Shown here: in pieces, positions 25,353-34,823 of the stretch
Position numbering within the stretch: position 1 is the stretch's first letter
Layout: every line of letters begins with the position of its first letter
Assembly (NCBI GenBank): GCA_043798355.1
Contig: JAZDOT010000002.1
Location: 1,160-65,159, forward strand
DNA length: 64,000 bases
Direction: 5' to 3'
Origin: Candidatus Peregrinibacteria bacterium
GTDB lineage: Bacteria; Patescibacteriota; Gracilibacteria; Peribacterales; Peribacteraceae
Program-made: the position numbers and the translations under genes
The notes under the pieces: generated by a model
The model's input: the letters and a program-made list of their open reading frames with translations, nothing else
Told to the model about the DNA's origin: nothing
Database searches by the model: none

Positions 25353-27068
25353 TCAGTAAACGGAAGATAGATAGCAAGATTCGCAGTACACGATCTCCGG
25401 TTTTTCCGGCGCGTACGTCGTCTCCATCTTCTGCCCGCACTTGGCGCATGGACGTCGGTAGAGCCGGCATCGGTGACGGAGGAGCATGCGTCGGCGGTGG
25501 CGCTCGTCGGGGTGAAGATGGGGAACAGGGAGACGCATGTTCCGGTAGAACGCGAGTTCCTGTCTGATGATTTTGAATGGCCGCTTCGTTGCGTCGCACC
25601 GGATGGCCCAGTTCAGGATATCGTCCGGAATGTCGTCGATGGCGTCCGGCAATTGATCCGCAGGGATGATCCGTGTGACCTTCGGCATGTCATCCGCTTC
25701 CTCTTTCCATTCCCAGCCCCTTTCCAGAACCTGTTCTTTCGTGAGCGGGAAGTATTCTTGCGCCGTCGTTTCGTTGTAGGCGAACGGCGAGAGGGACATC
25801 GGAAAGAATTCCCCGTACTCATACCCCGCGGAGCTCCCATCTGGGGAGCGAAGTGGGGTCTTCCGCATATGGTCGATGATCTTCGCTCCGAGTGATTCAT
25901 ATTCCTCCTTCGTGTACTGCCGGTTCAGGATGCAGTACTGATGGTGGCGCAGGCCGACGCACCCGAAGAGGTTCTTGCTGTTGTGGCAGATGTCGCAGTA
26001 CGCGACATCGCTTACATCGTAGCTGATGGCACAGGAGAGGATGCGCTTCCCGCGGTTGCAGGCGTAGCCTTCATACTGCAGTTCGCAGTCGAATGCCGAT
26101 TCGTACGTGTCATAGCAGTCTTGCAGGCCGTCACTCAGGTAGCAGTGCGCGCAGTCCCGCGCGTTACCGACGTCGTAGGAGTCGGTGACGCTTTTGCAAT
26201 GATGGAGGGCTGCGCCGGAACTGTCCTCGCAGTGGACGAGGAGGGAGGGCTGATGGATGGCCCGGAGGATGACCTCTTCGAAGCGGCGGCGCGTCCGCTC
26301 GAAGCCGGAGAACGAGTCGAGACGCAGCGCGCGGACGCGTTCTCCATACTCTGCCTCCGTGTACTGGACGTTTTCGATGCAGTAACTCTTTCCGCGAAGG
26401 TTCCACGAGAGGCAGCAGTGATGGCACGATTTGCAGTCGTACAAGAACGTGGAATCCGACACCTCCTCGCACTGCCGCGTAGCGATGCAGCGGTACCCTT
26501 CCGTGTAGAGCGTTTCGTAGCAGAGTTCCGAGTTATTCGTCATGTAGCAATCCATGCAGTCTTTCGCGCGGATGACGTACTTCGAGAAGAAGATGTCCTC
26601 GCCGAATCCGACGTCGGCGCAGAGGTAGCAGTTCTTCGCGTGGTCGCAGTGGTTCGTGTACGGACTGTTCTCATTGGCTTTCGCGAACAGAGCCGGCCGC
26701 GGGACCCTGGAGCGCAGCGTCTGCAGCTGTTCGAAGAAGGAACGGGACGGGTCGAACGGTTGTCCGAAGGAGAGGGGATCCCACCGATCGCTCCACCACG
26801 CGTCGACGCCGTACACCGTGTACGGACTCTCGGGGGCATACATGGTGATGAGCGGTTCTCCGGTGAGCGCGCAGGTGCGGTGGTAGAACGTGCGTTCGTT
26901 GCGGAAGGCCGCTCGCCGCTGCTGCCGGCACTCCGGGCAGAGGGTCGGTGGCGGGATCAGCTCCTTTTTCCCGTTGAAGATCGGGGAAACTTTCTCATAG
27001 AGCGCGAGATCGGACGGGGTGATCTCGAAGGATTGTTGACACCATTGGTTGCGGCAGGTGCATTGCAT
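25353..27068 (-). CDS. Cysteine-rich double zinc-ribbon protein, paralog P5
   Basis: The Met at 27068 gives MQCTCRNQWCQQSFEITPSDLALYEKVSP...LCPECRQQRRAAFRNERTFYHRTC...WWSDRWDP. The C-terminus is RPFKIIRQELAFYRNMRLPVPHLHPDERHRRR...KPEIVYCESCYLSSVY. Confidence 0.88.
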   Translation of the reverse strand: MQCTCRNQWCQQSFEITPSDLALYEKVSPIFNGKKELIPPPTLCPECRQQRRAAFRNERTFYHRTCALTGEPLITMYAPESPYTVYGVDAWWSDRWDPLSFGQPFDPSRSFFEQLQTLRSRVPRPALFAKANENSPYTNHCDHAKNCYLCADVGFGEDIFFSKYVIRAKDCMDCYMTNNSELCYETLYTEGYRCIATRQCEEVSDSTFLYDCKSCHHCCLSWNLRGKSYCIENVQYTEAEYGERVRALRLDSFSGFERTRRRFEEVILRAIHQPSLLVHCEDSSGAALHHCKSVTDSYDVGNARDCAHCYLSDGLQDCYDTYESAFDCELQYEGYACNRGKRILSCAISYDVSDVAYCDICHNSKNLFGCVGLRHHQYCILNRQYTKEEYESLGAKIIDHMRKTPLRSPDGSSAGYEYGEFFPMSLSPFAYNETTAQEYFPLTKEQVLERGWEWKEEADDMPKVTRIIPADQLPDAIDDIPDDILNWAIRCDATKRPFKIIRQELAFYRNMRLPVPHLHPDERHRRRMLLRHRCRLYRRPCAKCGQKMETTYAPEKPEIVYCESCYLSSVY

Positions 27069-27260
27069 CGCAGGGAGAATATCAGAACGAAGACCGATAC
27101 TCCCGTATTCCCATACACCCATAACCGTTCTGTCCCCTCATGGAACGTCTTTCTGTTCATCCTGAAGAGCAAAAGAAGCTTACCCCCTTGTGAAGTTTCA
27201 TTGGGTGATTGGATCAGGCCAGACCGGTGCTACACTGACGCTCCTGTGGCACGAAAACGC

Positions 27261-27509
27261 ATGTCCTGCGCAGGCATTACCAATGCAGTTCTCCTGCAGC
27301 ATATGCAGGCGATGCGTTCTTCGCTCGAGGGACGCATTGATCGGATGGAGTGTCGGATGGGAAGGCTCGAGCGCAGGATGGAGGACGGATTTACTGATGC
27401 ACAAGGCCAATTCAAGAAGATCAACGATGCGCTTCGGCGTCTCTACGCGCATCGTGTCAACATGCTCGGACGCATTGAGCGGTTGGAAGAAACCGTGGGG
27501 ATCGCGTAG
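27261..27509 (+). CDS. Possible small coiled-coil protein
   Basis: This is the in-frame tail of the antisense track ORF 25941-27509, taken from ATG 27261: MSCAGITNAVLLQHMQAMRSSLEGRIDRMECRMGRLERRMEDGF...RIERLEETVGIA. It has heptad-like character and lies in a gap between genes. Confidence 0.35.
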   Translation: MSCAGITNAVLLQHMQAMRSSLEGRIDRMECRMGRLERRMEDGFTDAQGQFKKINDALRRLYAHRVNMLGRIERLEETVGIA

Positions 27510-27525
27510 GTGGAGAGCCGTCGCC

Positions 27526-28281
27526 CTACACACTCCCGACCGGGTGCTTCTTCAGTTCCCCATACAATGCGACCATCGTGAGGAGGAAGAGCACGCAGGG
27601 AACGGTGAAGAGTGCTGCGGACACGAGGGGGGTGAAGGCAGCGAGGGCGGGGTGGAGGAGGGTCGCCGCCGTTTCGATGATTCCTGCGATCACCAGTGTC
27701 GGGAGGAAGAACATAAGTGCGACGAGGGCGAGGAGGACGAAGACCGTCGTCGTCCGTCCCTTCACAACTTCTCTGCTAGATTTGAGCGCCCTGCGCGGAG
27801 ACCCTCCTTCGATGACGGTTACGGGGTAGAGTACGGTGCGGATGGAGTAGACGATGCCGGGGACAATGAAGAGGATTCCCCAGAGGATGGTGAAACAGCT
27901 GCGCAGCACGCTCGTGAAAATGAGTGGGAGAACGAAGCGACCCGCTTCGGTGCGGACCGCATGGAAGGATGTTTTTGTTCTTCCCGCGCGGTTCCCGATC
28001 ATGCGTTTCCCAACGAGCAAAACGCAGGAGATCCCCCAGACGATGAGGAGAGAGAGGATGATTTCGGCGAGGAGAACGAGGGAGACCAGCCGAAGGTCAG
28101 TAGCAGGACCGATGCCGTTCTCCGTGACGGCGCGCAGGACGGGGTTCTCGGACTCAAACCAGGCGAGGCCCATGAGGCCGGCGATCGGAAGGGTGAAGAA
28201 CCACACGGCAACGGGGACCAGGACCGGTTGTTTTCGGGCGAAGTCCCACGAGAGACCGATGAGAGTGAAAATATTTCGCAT
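27526..28281 (-). CDS. Polytopic membrane protein, unknown function
   Basis: Several hydrophobic helices (VLVPVAVWFFTLPIAGLMGLAWF, LVSLVLLAEIILSLLIVWGISCVLLV, FVLLALVALMFFLPTLVIAGII). The Met at 28281 is preferred. Confidence 0.6.
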   Translation of the reverse strand: MRNIFTLIGLSWDFARKQPVLVPVAVWFFTLPIAGLMGLAWFESENPVLRAVTENGIGPATDLRLVSLVLLAEIILSLLIVWGISCVLLVGKRMIGNRAGRTKTSFHAVRTEAGRFVLPLIFTSVLRSCFTILWGILFIVPGIVYSIRTVLYPVTVIEGGSPRRALKSSREVVKGRTTTVFVLLALVALMFFLPTLVIAGIIETAATLLHPALAAFTPLVSAALFTVPCVLFLLTMVALYGELKKHPVGSV

Positions 28282-28381
28282 GAGGAGCAATGAAGTTCGG
28301 ATGATGCAAATGTACGTAAATCTGCAGAGAAGACAAGACATTGAATGAATTTCTATTATGTGATATAATCATCTTAAATCT

Positions 28382-31210
28382 ATGCCAAAGAATAACTCCA
28401 ACAGTCCGCCGGAAGGTGTTCCTGCCGAACTCGATCAGAAGATGCGTGAAGAGCGGGAGAAGAAAGTGAAGCAGCCTTTGGATCAGGCAGAGGCCAAAGG
28501 CAAGCCCATTCGTAAGCCTGCACAGCCGCCCGCTCCCTCTCCCGAAAAGAGAGAGTGGTTTGAAACGATGACGAGAGGTCTTCTGGCATTCGATGCGAAG
28601 TCGAAAGACGAACTGGCGAAGCTTGATATACAATCCGAGGAACTCCGCCTCATTCTCTACCATGAGAATCCGGAGATCCGCCTCAGGGCTGTTGAATCGC
28701 TTCTTCAAAAATCAGAGAAGACTGAGGATATTCTTGTGGAACTCGCAGGAATGCTCTCGGATGAGAGCGGGGAGATCCGTCACATGACCGGCACTTTTCT
28801 CCGCGAGAGAGAAGGGGATCTCCGCGCGGTTGTTCCCTCTGTGGTCGAAGCCGTCCACAACGACTCTACGTCCGGCGATCAGAAGATCCGTTATGTGTCC
28901 TTCCTTGCGGAAGCCGGAGAGAGCGCGGCGAAAACTTCCCCCGAACTTGCGGAGCTTCTTCATACCATCGTTTTGCATGAACAGTCGCGGGAGCAGGGGG
29001 GAGAGGGTCTCCGAGTAGCGGCAGTCGATGCTGCCCGACGGGTGCTTCCGGGCGAGAGTATCCGGTATAACGATCTCCTGAAAGTTTACCAGGAGAACGT
29101 GCCGGAGAGCCCGCTTGCGGTGGCCATCGCCGTGACCGTCCTCACGGAGAGAGCCGGAAAGGTCGGGGAACAGATACCCCCTGAACTCTTCGGTTCCCTT
29201 GCGGTGTCGGCGCTTCATCATGAACAGGCCGCCGTCCGTTTCGGCGTGCTCACGCAGATCTTCCGGGGTTCTCATCTCGAGAAACCTATCGCTCCGCTCC
29301 TCTCCATCCTGGTCGATACGCTCGGGCGTTCCGACGAGAGCGATGATAACCGCTGCATGGCGGCGGAAGCCCTCTCCGTCGTGGCGCGGCGTCAACCCGA
29401 AGCGCTCAGAGGAAATGCAAAGGCAATTTCGGCGCTCAAGAAAGGACTGGAGGATTCGTCATTGATCGTTCGTTTCCATGCGGCCATTGGACTTGGTGCT
29501 GTGAAACCGGATGAGCTCAATGGGACGCGGGCCAGTCCCGAGCTCGTCGAAAAGATTCTCCACCCCAAAGAAGATGCTCCGGAGAGGGATCGTACGAGAG
29601 ACGAGCAGAAGCTGCTCCGGAAGCTCTTCGATAAAAACGTGAAGGTTCCCGGTGGCGCCATGGATGTCCCTCCGCTCGAACAACCCCCCGACAAATTTTT
29701 TGCATCGTGTACGGCGGACTTCGATGCAACAGAGGAGATCATCCGGAGAGAGCGGGGGCAAAGACGGGACCCCATTCAAAAACTCACGGAGTACCACGAG
29801 GCAAAGATCACTGTGCTGCAGGAACAGAAAATTTCCATGATCATCGAGAAGGTATTCGGCGGAGATGCGCCGCAAGCCCCAAAGGAGCGTGAGAACTTTT
29901 TGAAGGAAAAACAGCAGATCCTCTCCGTGGTTCTTGAGAAAGCGCTCGGAAAGGAGTGGGATGATGAATTGCTCCTGCCGCTCACGCCGGAGGAGGAGGC
30001 GAATCTCCGCATGGAGCTGGCCGTGCAGTTCCGCGACGGGGAAGGCCGCATAGGCGAAACGATTTTCCAGGAACTGTTACAACACGATGAAATCGCTCTG
30101 CGTGCCAGCACGCACCGGCATGCGCTCGCATTCCTCTCTCTGCAGGATCTGTCCGTCTACGAAGAATTTTCATCCATCATCCGCCGTCAGGGTGACGATA
30201 TGGGGAAGATGACGGACATCCGTCTGCTCTTCTGGCAGTGCGCCTCGGCCCAGTACGGGATGGAGCTGCGCGCCCTGCAGGCGATGAGCCGGGCACAGGG
30301 AATTCCTGTGGATGTGCTCCTCCTCAGGCGGCAGCAGGGATTGGACCAGAATCCGTTCCTCCAGAGGCTCGGGCAAATGGCCTCTACGGTCGAAGCGAAA
30401 CAGACCGTGCAGGCACTCGGACAAGTCTTGCCGGCCATCATCGCCACGGTGCAGTCTCCTCCTCTCGCATGGTCTCCTCTGCAGACCATGCAGACCATGG
30501 GGGTCACCGCCTTCGCTCATGAAATGCAGGGTTCCTCTCAGAGCGCACAGAAAGCCATTGCCATCGAGACGCTGAGAAAAACCGGAGGAGGGGATCTGGC
30601 GCCTGCCATCGCAGAGTCATCCTCCATTCACGTCCGGGAAAACGGCTCTTCGGTCTTCATCGAATCGCGGGTGTACGACGCACCGCTGGTGATCGAAATG
30701 GGGAAATCCGGAACGGTATCGACCTACTTCAGGGCCGAGGAGAACCGGAGAGTCTTCCTGCCGGTTCACACTATTCCGGCGCTCCTCAATGCGCGGTTGG
30801 GTGTTTCGGAGGTCACGGGAAAACTGCCACGGGGGATGATGTCGCAGAATAAAAAAATGCAGCAGTACTTTCTCGGATTGCATCCGGACGAGCCGGCGCT
30901 GCTGCGTCCGCGGGATGTGCAGCGCTTCGAGATCATGCTCTCGGTTCTCGGACGCACGCGGGAGGAGCCGTGGTGTCTTCTCAAGGAGCTCGGCGTCATC
31001 GATGCCACACGTGCCGTGCAGGAAGGGCGGGCGAGGCAATTTGAAACGTGGTTTGAGCGCCTGCAGCCGCGTTTACCTGCGATGCATGTGACGGTGCAGG
31101 ATCTGCGGACACTCACGCAACTGTGGGATCGTTATCCGGAGAGGACAGACTTGCTTTCGGTGTCCCCCCTGGAGGCGCGACGGCTCCTGAAGGAAGGGAT
31201 CACCGCTTGA
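28382..31210 (+). CDS. Large (942 aa) HEAT/ARM-like repeat protein, unknown function
   Basis: The N-terminal third has HEAT-like units (LILYHENPEIRLRAVESLLQ, LAGMLSDESGEIRHMTGTFL, DSSLIVRFHAAIGLGAV). The remainder is unassigned. Confidence 0.6.
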   Translation: MPKNNSNSPPEGVPAELDQKMREEREKKVKQPLDQAEAKGKPIRKPAQPPAPSPEKREWFETMTRGLLAFDAKSKDELAKLDIQSEELRLILYHENPEIRLRAVESLLQKSEKTEDILVELAGMLSDESGEIRHMTGTFLREREGDLRAVVPSVVEAVHNDSTSGDQKIRYVSFLAEAGESAAKTSPELAELLHTIVLHEQSREQGGEGLRVAAVDAARRVLPGESIRYNDLLKVYQENVPESPLAVAIAVTVLTERAGKVGEQIPPELFGSLAVSALHHEQAAVRFGVLTQIFRGSHLEKPIAPLLSILVDTLGRSDESDDNRCMAAEALSVVARRQPEALRGNAKAISALKKGLEDSSLIVRFHAAIGLGAVKPDELNGTRASPELVEKILHPKEDAPERDRTRDEQKLLRKLFDKNVKVPGGAMDVPPLEQPPDKFFASCTADFDATEEIIRRERGQRRDPIQKLTEYHEAKITVLQEQKISMIIEKVFGGDAPQAPKERENFLKEKQQILSVVLEKALGKEWDDELLLPLTPEEEANLRMELAVQFRDGEGRIGETIFQELLQHDEIALRASTHRHALAFLSLQDLSVYEEFSSIIRRQGDDMGKMTDIRLLFWQCASAQYGMELRALQAMSRAQGIPVDVLLLRRQQGLDQNPFLQRLGQMASTVEAKQTVQALGQVLPAIIATVQSPPLAWSPLQTMQTMGVTAFAHEMQGSSQSAQKAIAIETLRKTGGGDLAPAIAESSSIHVRENGSSVFIESRVYDAPLVIEMGKSGTVSTYFRAEENRRVFLPVHTIPALLNARLGVSEVTGKLPRGMMSQNKKMQQYFLGLHPDEPALLRPRDVQRFEIMLSVLGRTREEPWCLLKELGVIDATRAVQEGRARQFETWFERLQPRLPAMHVTVQDLRTLTQLWDRYPERTDLLSVSPLEARRLLKEGITA

Positions 31211-32159
31211 TCCGCACGAAGCCGGAGACCGGGAACACGCTCAGCTTCTTCTCCGCTTTGGTGAGGACATCGAGCATCAGGTTCACGCCGATGGCATCGG
31301 ACGCCATGTGGCTGCACTGGATCATGTTCACGTGATGCTCTTTCGCTTTCTCCAGAGATTTTTCCGTGGCGTGCATGGTGAGGATGGTGCCGACTCCGGC
31401 GTGTGCCTGCGCGAGGATGAATTCCTCGGGACCGTTCGTCCCGCCGGTGAATTCCGTCGCGACTACTTTGCCCGGACGGTTGCTCTTCTCCCCGTGGGCG
31501 ATGATGGGGGGGTTGCCTTTTTTCGCATAGTATTTGTACTCCGGGATGTCCGTGAGGGCGCGGATGATGTCATCCAGCTCATCCCACTCCTTCGCGCAGA
31601 TCTGCTTCATCACGAATTGCCAGACGAGGTTGTCCGCGGCGGTGTGGCAGGTGAACATGGGAAAACCGAGGAGCTCGGCGGCGCGCTCCGCACGGAAGAG
31701 ATTGTCCGGATGAATGGCGCGCCAGATGCGTTCGATGCGCGGTCGCAAGAAGGCTTCGCTCTGATTCACCGGCACACCGGCCCCCGCGAGGAGATCCACC
31801 TGCAGTCCCATGACTTTGTCGAGGTCTGCGAGTGCCCGGCCTTCCGGATGATGTGTGAAGACGGCGTCGATCTTCTCACCCTTTTCCCGCAGACGGTCGG
31901 CGAGGAGGATCTCGGGCGTTTCCATATCGATGCCGACGAGGAGACGCGTGATGTCCTCTTCCCCCGTTCCATTGATGATACGGGTATCCGGGAACGGGTT
32001 CCACGTGCGCTCACTGTCGAAGAGCTCCTTCTCGAGACCTTCCGCTTTCTCCATCTGTTCCTTTTTCTTTTTGAGCATCTTCTCGATTTGTTTCCTGCCG
32101 CGCGGGTCGGCCTTGATCCCCGTTTCGACGACTACCTGGAAGAGTTTTTTGAGCTTCAT
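31200..32159 (-). CDS. NIF3-family (GTP cyclohydrolase 1 type 2 homolog) dinuclear-metal protein
   Basis: IDAVFTHHPEG, FTCHTAADN and MIQCSHMASDAIGVN match conserved NIF3/YbgI metal-ligand regions. Confidence 0.65.
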   Translation of the reverse strand: MKLKKLFQVVVETGIKADPRGRKQIEKMLKKKKEQMEKAEGLEKELFDSERTWNPFPDTRIINGTGEEDITRLLVGIDMETPEILLADRLREKGEKIDAVFTHHPEGRALADLDKVMGLQVDLLAGAGVPVNQSEAFLRPRIERIWRAIHPDNLFRAERAAELLGFPMFTCHTAADNLVWQFVMKQICAKEWDELDDIIRALTDIPEYKYYAKKGNPPIIAHGEKSNRPGKVVATEFTGGTNGPEEFILAQAHAGVGTILTMHATEKSLEKAKEHHVNMIQCSHMASDAIGVNLMLDVLTKAEKKLSVFPVSGFVRIKR

Positions 32160-32281
32160 GCATTCCAGCCTACAGCGCGCATCCGCTTTGCTGCAAATGT
32201 TTGCATGTTTTGATAGCGCCGCTTTTACTCTTCTTTTGACTTACGAAGCGCTATTCTCTTGCGTGCCTTGCACGGTTTTCC

Positions 32282-32974
32282 ATGCGCATCGATATTCTCA
32301 CGTTATTTCCGGCCATGTTCACGGGTCCTCTCACGGAGAGCATCCTCAAGCGTGCTCAAGATACCGGAGTGATCGATCTGCACTTGCACGATGTGCGCTC
32401 GTTCGGTCTCGGGAAATATCATCAGGTGGATGATGCTCCGTATGGAGGAGGGGCGGGGATGGTGATGAGAGCCGATGTACTGGTGAAAGCGATGGAGGAT
32501 GTTTGTGCGAAGGGGGTGGAAGGAAGCCGAGGAATCCGAAGAAGCCGAGGAGACCGAGGAAAACCGTTTCGGGTGTATCTTTCCCCGAGAGGAAAGAAAC
32601 TCACACAGAGCAGGGTTGAACAATTGGCGAAGAAGCCATGGATCGTGCTGCTCTGCGGGCATTACGAAGGCATCGACCAGCGGGTCATCGACGGCGGATG
32701 GATCGACGAGGAAATTTCCATCGGAGATTACGTCCTCACCGGCGGCGAGCTTCCCGCGATGGTCGTCATCGATGCGGTTGCCCGTCAGATTCCGGGGGTG
32801 CTCGGGAAAGATGAGTCCGCGCTGGAGGAGAGCTTCTCCAGGGTTCTCAAACGAAAAAAAGAATATCCGCACTACACGCGGCCGGAGGAATTTTGCGGGA
32901 GGAAAGTTCCGGATGTTCTCCTCTCGGGGCATCACAGAGAGATCGGGAAGTGGAGGCATTCGAAACTGCAATGA
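32282..32974 (+). CDS. trmD: tRNA (guanine37-N1)-methyltransferase
   Basis: [13 protein letters not shown]...[13 protein letters not shown]...[13 protein letters not shown]...[21 protein letters not shown]...YPHYTRP...VLLSGHH. Confidence 0.92.
   Translation: MRIDILTLFPAMFTGPLTESILKRAQDTGVIDLHLHDVRSFGLGKYHQVDDAPYGGGAGMVMRADVLVKAMEDVCAKGVEGSRGIRRSRGDRGKPFRVYLSPRGKKLTQSRVEQLAKKPWIVLLCGHYEGIDQRVIDGGWIDEEISIGDYVLTGGELPAMVVIDAVARQIPGVLGKDESALEESFSRVLKRKKEYPHYTRPEEFCGRKVPDVLLSGHHREIGKWRHSKLQ
32523..32567 (+). repeat. 9-nt tandem array (GAAGCCGAG-type, x5) inside trmD
   Basis: gaagccgag gaatccgaa gaagccgag gagaccgag gaaaaccgt is translated as part of [15 protein letters not shown], in a loop that is shorter in E. 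coli TrmD. Confidence 0.85.
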
Positions 32975-32992
32975 GATTTTTTCTTTGTATTC

Positions 32993-33397
32993 ATGCTGGA
33001 TTTTTTCCGTGACCGGGTGCAGAAGAACGGGGAGATGATGTTTTCCGTCCGTGTCCGTCCCGGTTCGCCGAAATCGAAGATCAGAGGAGTGATGGCGGAT
33101 GGGACCTTGAAGATCGACATTGCCGCTCCCGCTGACAAAGGGAAGGCGAATGAGGAACTCATTCGTTTCCTTGCCGGGGAGTCGGGCACCCTGTCGGCGC
33201 ACGTGGAAATTCTTCGCGGGAAGACGGGGAGACAGAAGACCGTGAAGATCAGTGTGCTTCCCTCAGTTTCTCCCCGATCATCCCCCTCAGATCCGCCTCG
33301 TCCGGCAGGCCGATCGTCTTCTCGCCACTCAGGAAGAACGTCGGGACGAGGGAGACTGCGAGCGAGCGGGCGAGAGAGGCGTGCTGGGCGAGGATGA
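32993..33397 (+). CDS. DUF167 (YggU-like) protein with an unusual C-terminal tail
   Basis: FSVRVRPGSPKSKIRGVMADGTLKIDIAAPADKGKANEELIRFLA...VEILRGKTGRQKTVKI matches the YggU family. The ORF runs on for about 50 low-complexity codons into the convergent gene. Confidence 0.6.
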   Translation: MLDFFRDRVQKNGEMMFSVRVRPGSPKSKIRGVMADGTLKIDIAAPADKGKANEELIRFLAGESGTLSAHVEILRGKTGRQKTVKISVLPSVSPRSSPSDPPRPAGRSSSRHSGRTSGRGRLRASGRERRAGRG

Positions 33398-33965
33398 CTG
33401 CCGTGCTTCCGTCCTCCATGCAGGATTTGAATTTCTTCGGATCGAGACCCGCATCTTCGGCGTAGGCGGCGGGGGTCGGCCGCGCTTTCGTGAATCCGCG
33501 GAAGAGGAGACCGTGCATGGGAAGGCCTTTCCCCTCCATGGCAGCGCACAGAAGCGCCGCGGCGCTCTCCTTCGAGTACTCGTACTTCTGTAGCGGGAAG
33601 ATCACGATGTCGATTTTCAACCGGCCCTGCTTCACGAAGTCCTCCGTGAGGCCGGGCAGCATCGTGCGTTCGAAGTCCCTGCAGTAGCGGCAGTGTGGTT
33701 CGGTGAAGACGAGGAGGGTCACGGGAGCGGTCGCTTCGCCCAGTTCCAGGATGCTGGTCGGGAGCAGGTGTTCCCTCACTCCTCCCGAACCCGAGAGAAT
33801 GAGCGCGGGAGATCTTTGCTCCGATGACCCTGCTTCAGCCCGTTCTTCCGGTGGGGAAGAGGGGGAAGGCGGAGGTATTCCGGAGGATGGCTGCGGCAGC
33901 GTGCAGCCGGCGAGGAGGAAGGTTACCGCGAGGAGAAAGCCGGTGGGAATCATGTTTCTGCGCAC
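33249..33965 (-). CDS. DsbA-like thioredoxin-fold lipoprotein
   Basis: The lipobox is FLLAGC. The redox motif is CRYC in TLLVFTEPHCRYCRDFE. The rest is DsbA-like. Confidence 0.7.
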   Translation of the reverse strand: MRRNMIPTGFLLAVTFLLAGCTLPQPSSGIPPPSPSSPPEERAEAGSSEQRSPALILSGSGGVREHLLPTSILELGEATAPVTLLVFTEPHCRYCRDFERTMLPGLTEDFVKQGRLKIDIVIFPLQKYEYSKESAAALLCAAMEGKGLPMHGLLFRGFTKARPTPAAYAEDAGLDPKKFKSCMEDGSTAVILAQHASLARSLAVSLVPTFFLSGEKTIGLPDEADLRGMIGEKLREAH

Positions 33966-34020
33966 GGAAGAACTATAAACGATGCTGTGTGGGGAGCGAT
34001 AGGGCTGCTAGGATTCTTCG

Positions 34021-34767
34021 GTGCCTCCTTCCCGCGTCCATCTCCTTGGCGTACCGATCGATGCCGTCACCTTTCCTGCGGCCATCGCCGCCATTCGCGG
34101 ATTTCTGGAGAATTCCCGCCAGCATCATGTCATGACGCCCAACAGCGAGATGCTCGTCGAAGCGACGAAGAATTCCGATTTTCTTTCAGTGCTCCGCGCA
34201 ACCAGTCTGAATCTGCCCGACAGTTTCGGTATCGTCCTGATGTCCCGTCTTCGCGGTCAGCCTCTTCCCGGGCGCGTTTCCGGTGTCGATGTTTCCTCTG
34301 AGCTTCTGCGATCGCTCACACGAGAACATCCGGTTTTCCTCCTCGGTGCGGCACCGGGTATTGCCGAGAAGGTTGCGCTTCGCATGCAGCAGGAAAATCC
34401 AAACTTAAAGATCGTCGGAGTGTACGCTGGGTCGCCCCGCGAGGAAGACAGTCAAGTTATTCTCGCGATGATCCGCGCCTCTGCTCCGCACTTGCTCCTC
34501 GTGGCCTTCGGTGCGCCTCTGCAGGATCTCTGGATCAGTCGTCACATCAAAGAAATGCCGAGCGTGCGTATCGCGATGGGGGTGGGCGGTACGTTCGATT
34601 TCCTTGCCGGCGTGCGGAAGCGTGCGCCTGCATGGATGCAGAAGAGCGGGCTGGAGTGGCTTTTCCGGCTTCTCAGAGAGCCGCGGAGGATTAGAAGGAT
34701 TTTCAATGCAGTGGTGGTGTTTCCATTGCTCGTACTTTTTCGGGGTGGAACAGGAGCGAATAATTGA
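34021..34767 (+). CDS. WecG/TagA/CpsF-family glycosyltransferase
   Basis: VHLLGVPIDAVTFPAAIAAI...HHVMTPNSEMLVEA...LLVAFGAPLQDLWI...MGVGGTFDFLAG..KRAP.WMQKSGLEWLFRL. GTG start. Confidence 0.8.
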   Translation: MPPSRVHLLGVPIDAVTFPAAIAAIRGFLENSRQHHVMTPNSEMLVEATKNSDFLSVLRATSLNLPDSFGIVLMSRLRGQPLPGRVSGVDVSSELLRSLTREHPVFLLGAAPGIAEKVALRMQQENPNLKIVGVYAGSPREEDSQVILAMIRASAPHLLLVAFGAPLQDLWISRHIKEMPSVRIAMGVGGTFDFLAGVRKRAPAWMQKSGLEWLFRLLREPRRIRRIFNAVVVFPLLVLFRGGTGANN

Positions 34768-34789
34768 TAATTGAAAATTGAAAATTGAA
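34762..34789. repeat. Heptamer tandem array (AATTGAT/AATTGAA x4)
   Basis: aattgataattgaaaattgaaaattgaa contains the stop codon of the WecG-like gene. Confidence 0.9.
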
Positions 34790-34823
34790 CCTTCGCGCAC
34801 CTGATGATTTGGTGCAGGGTATT

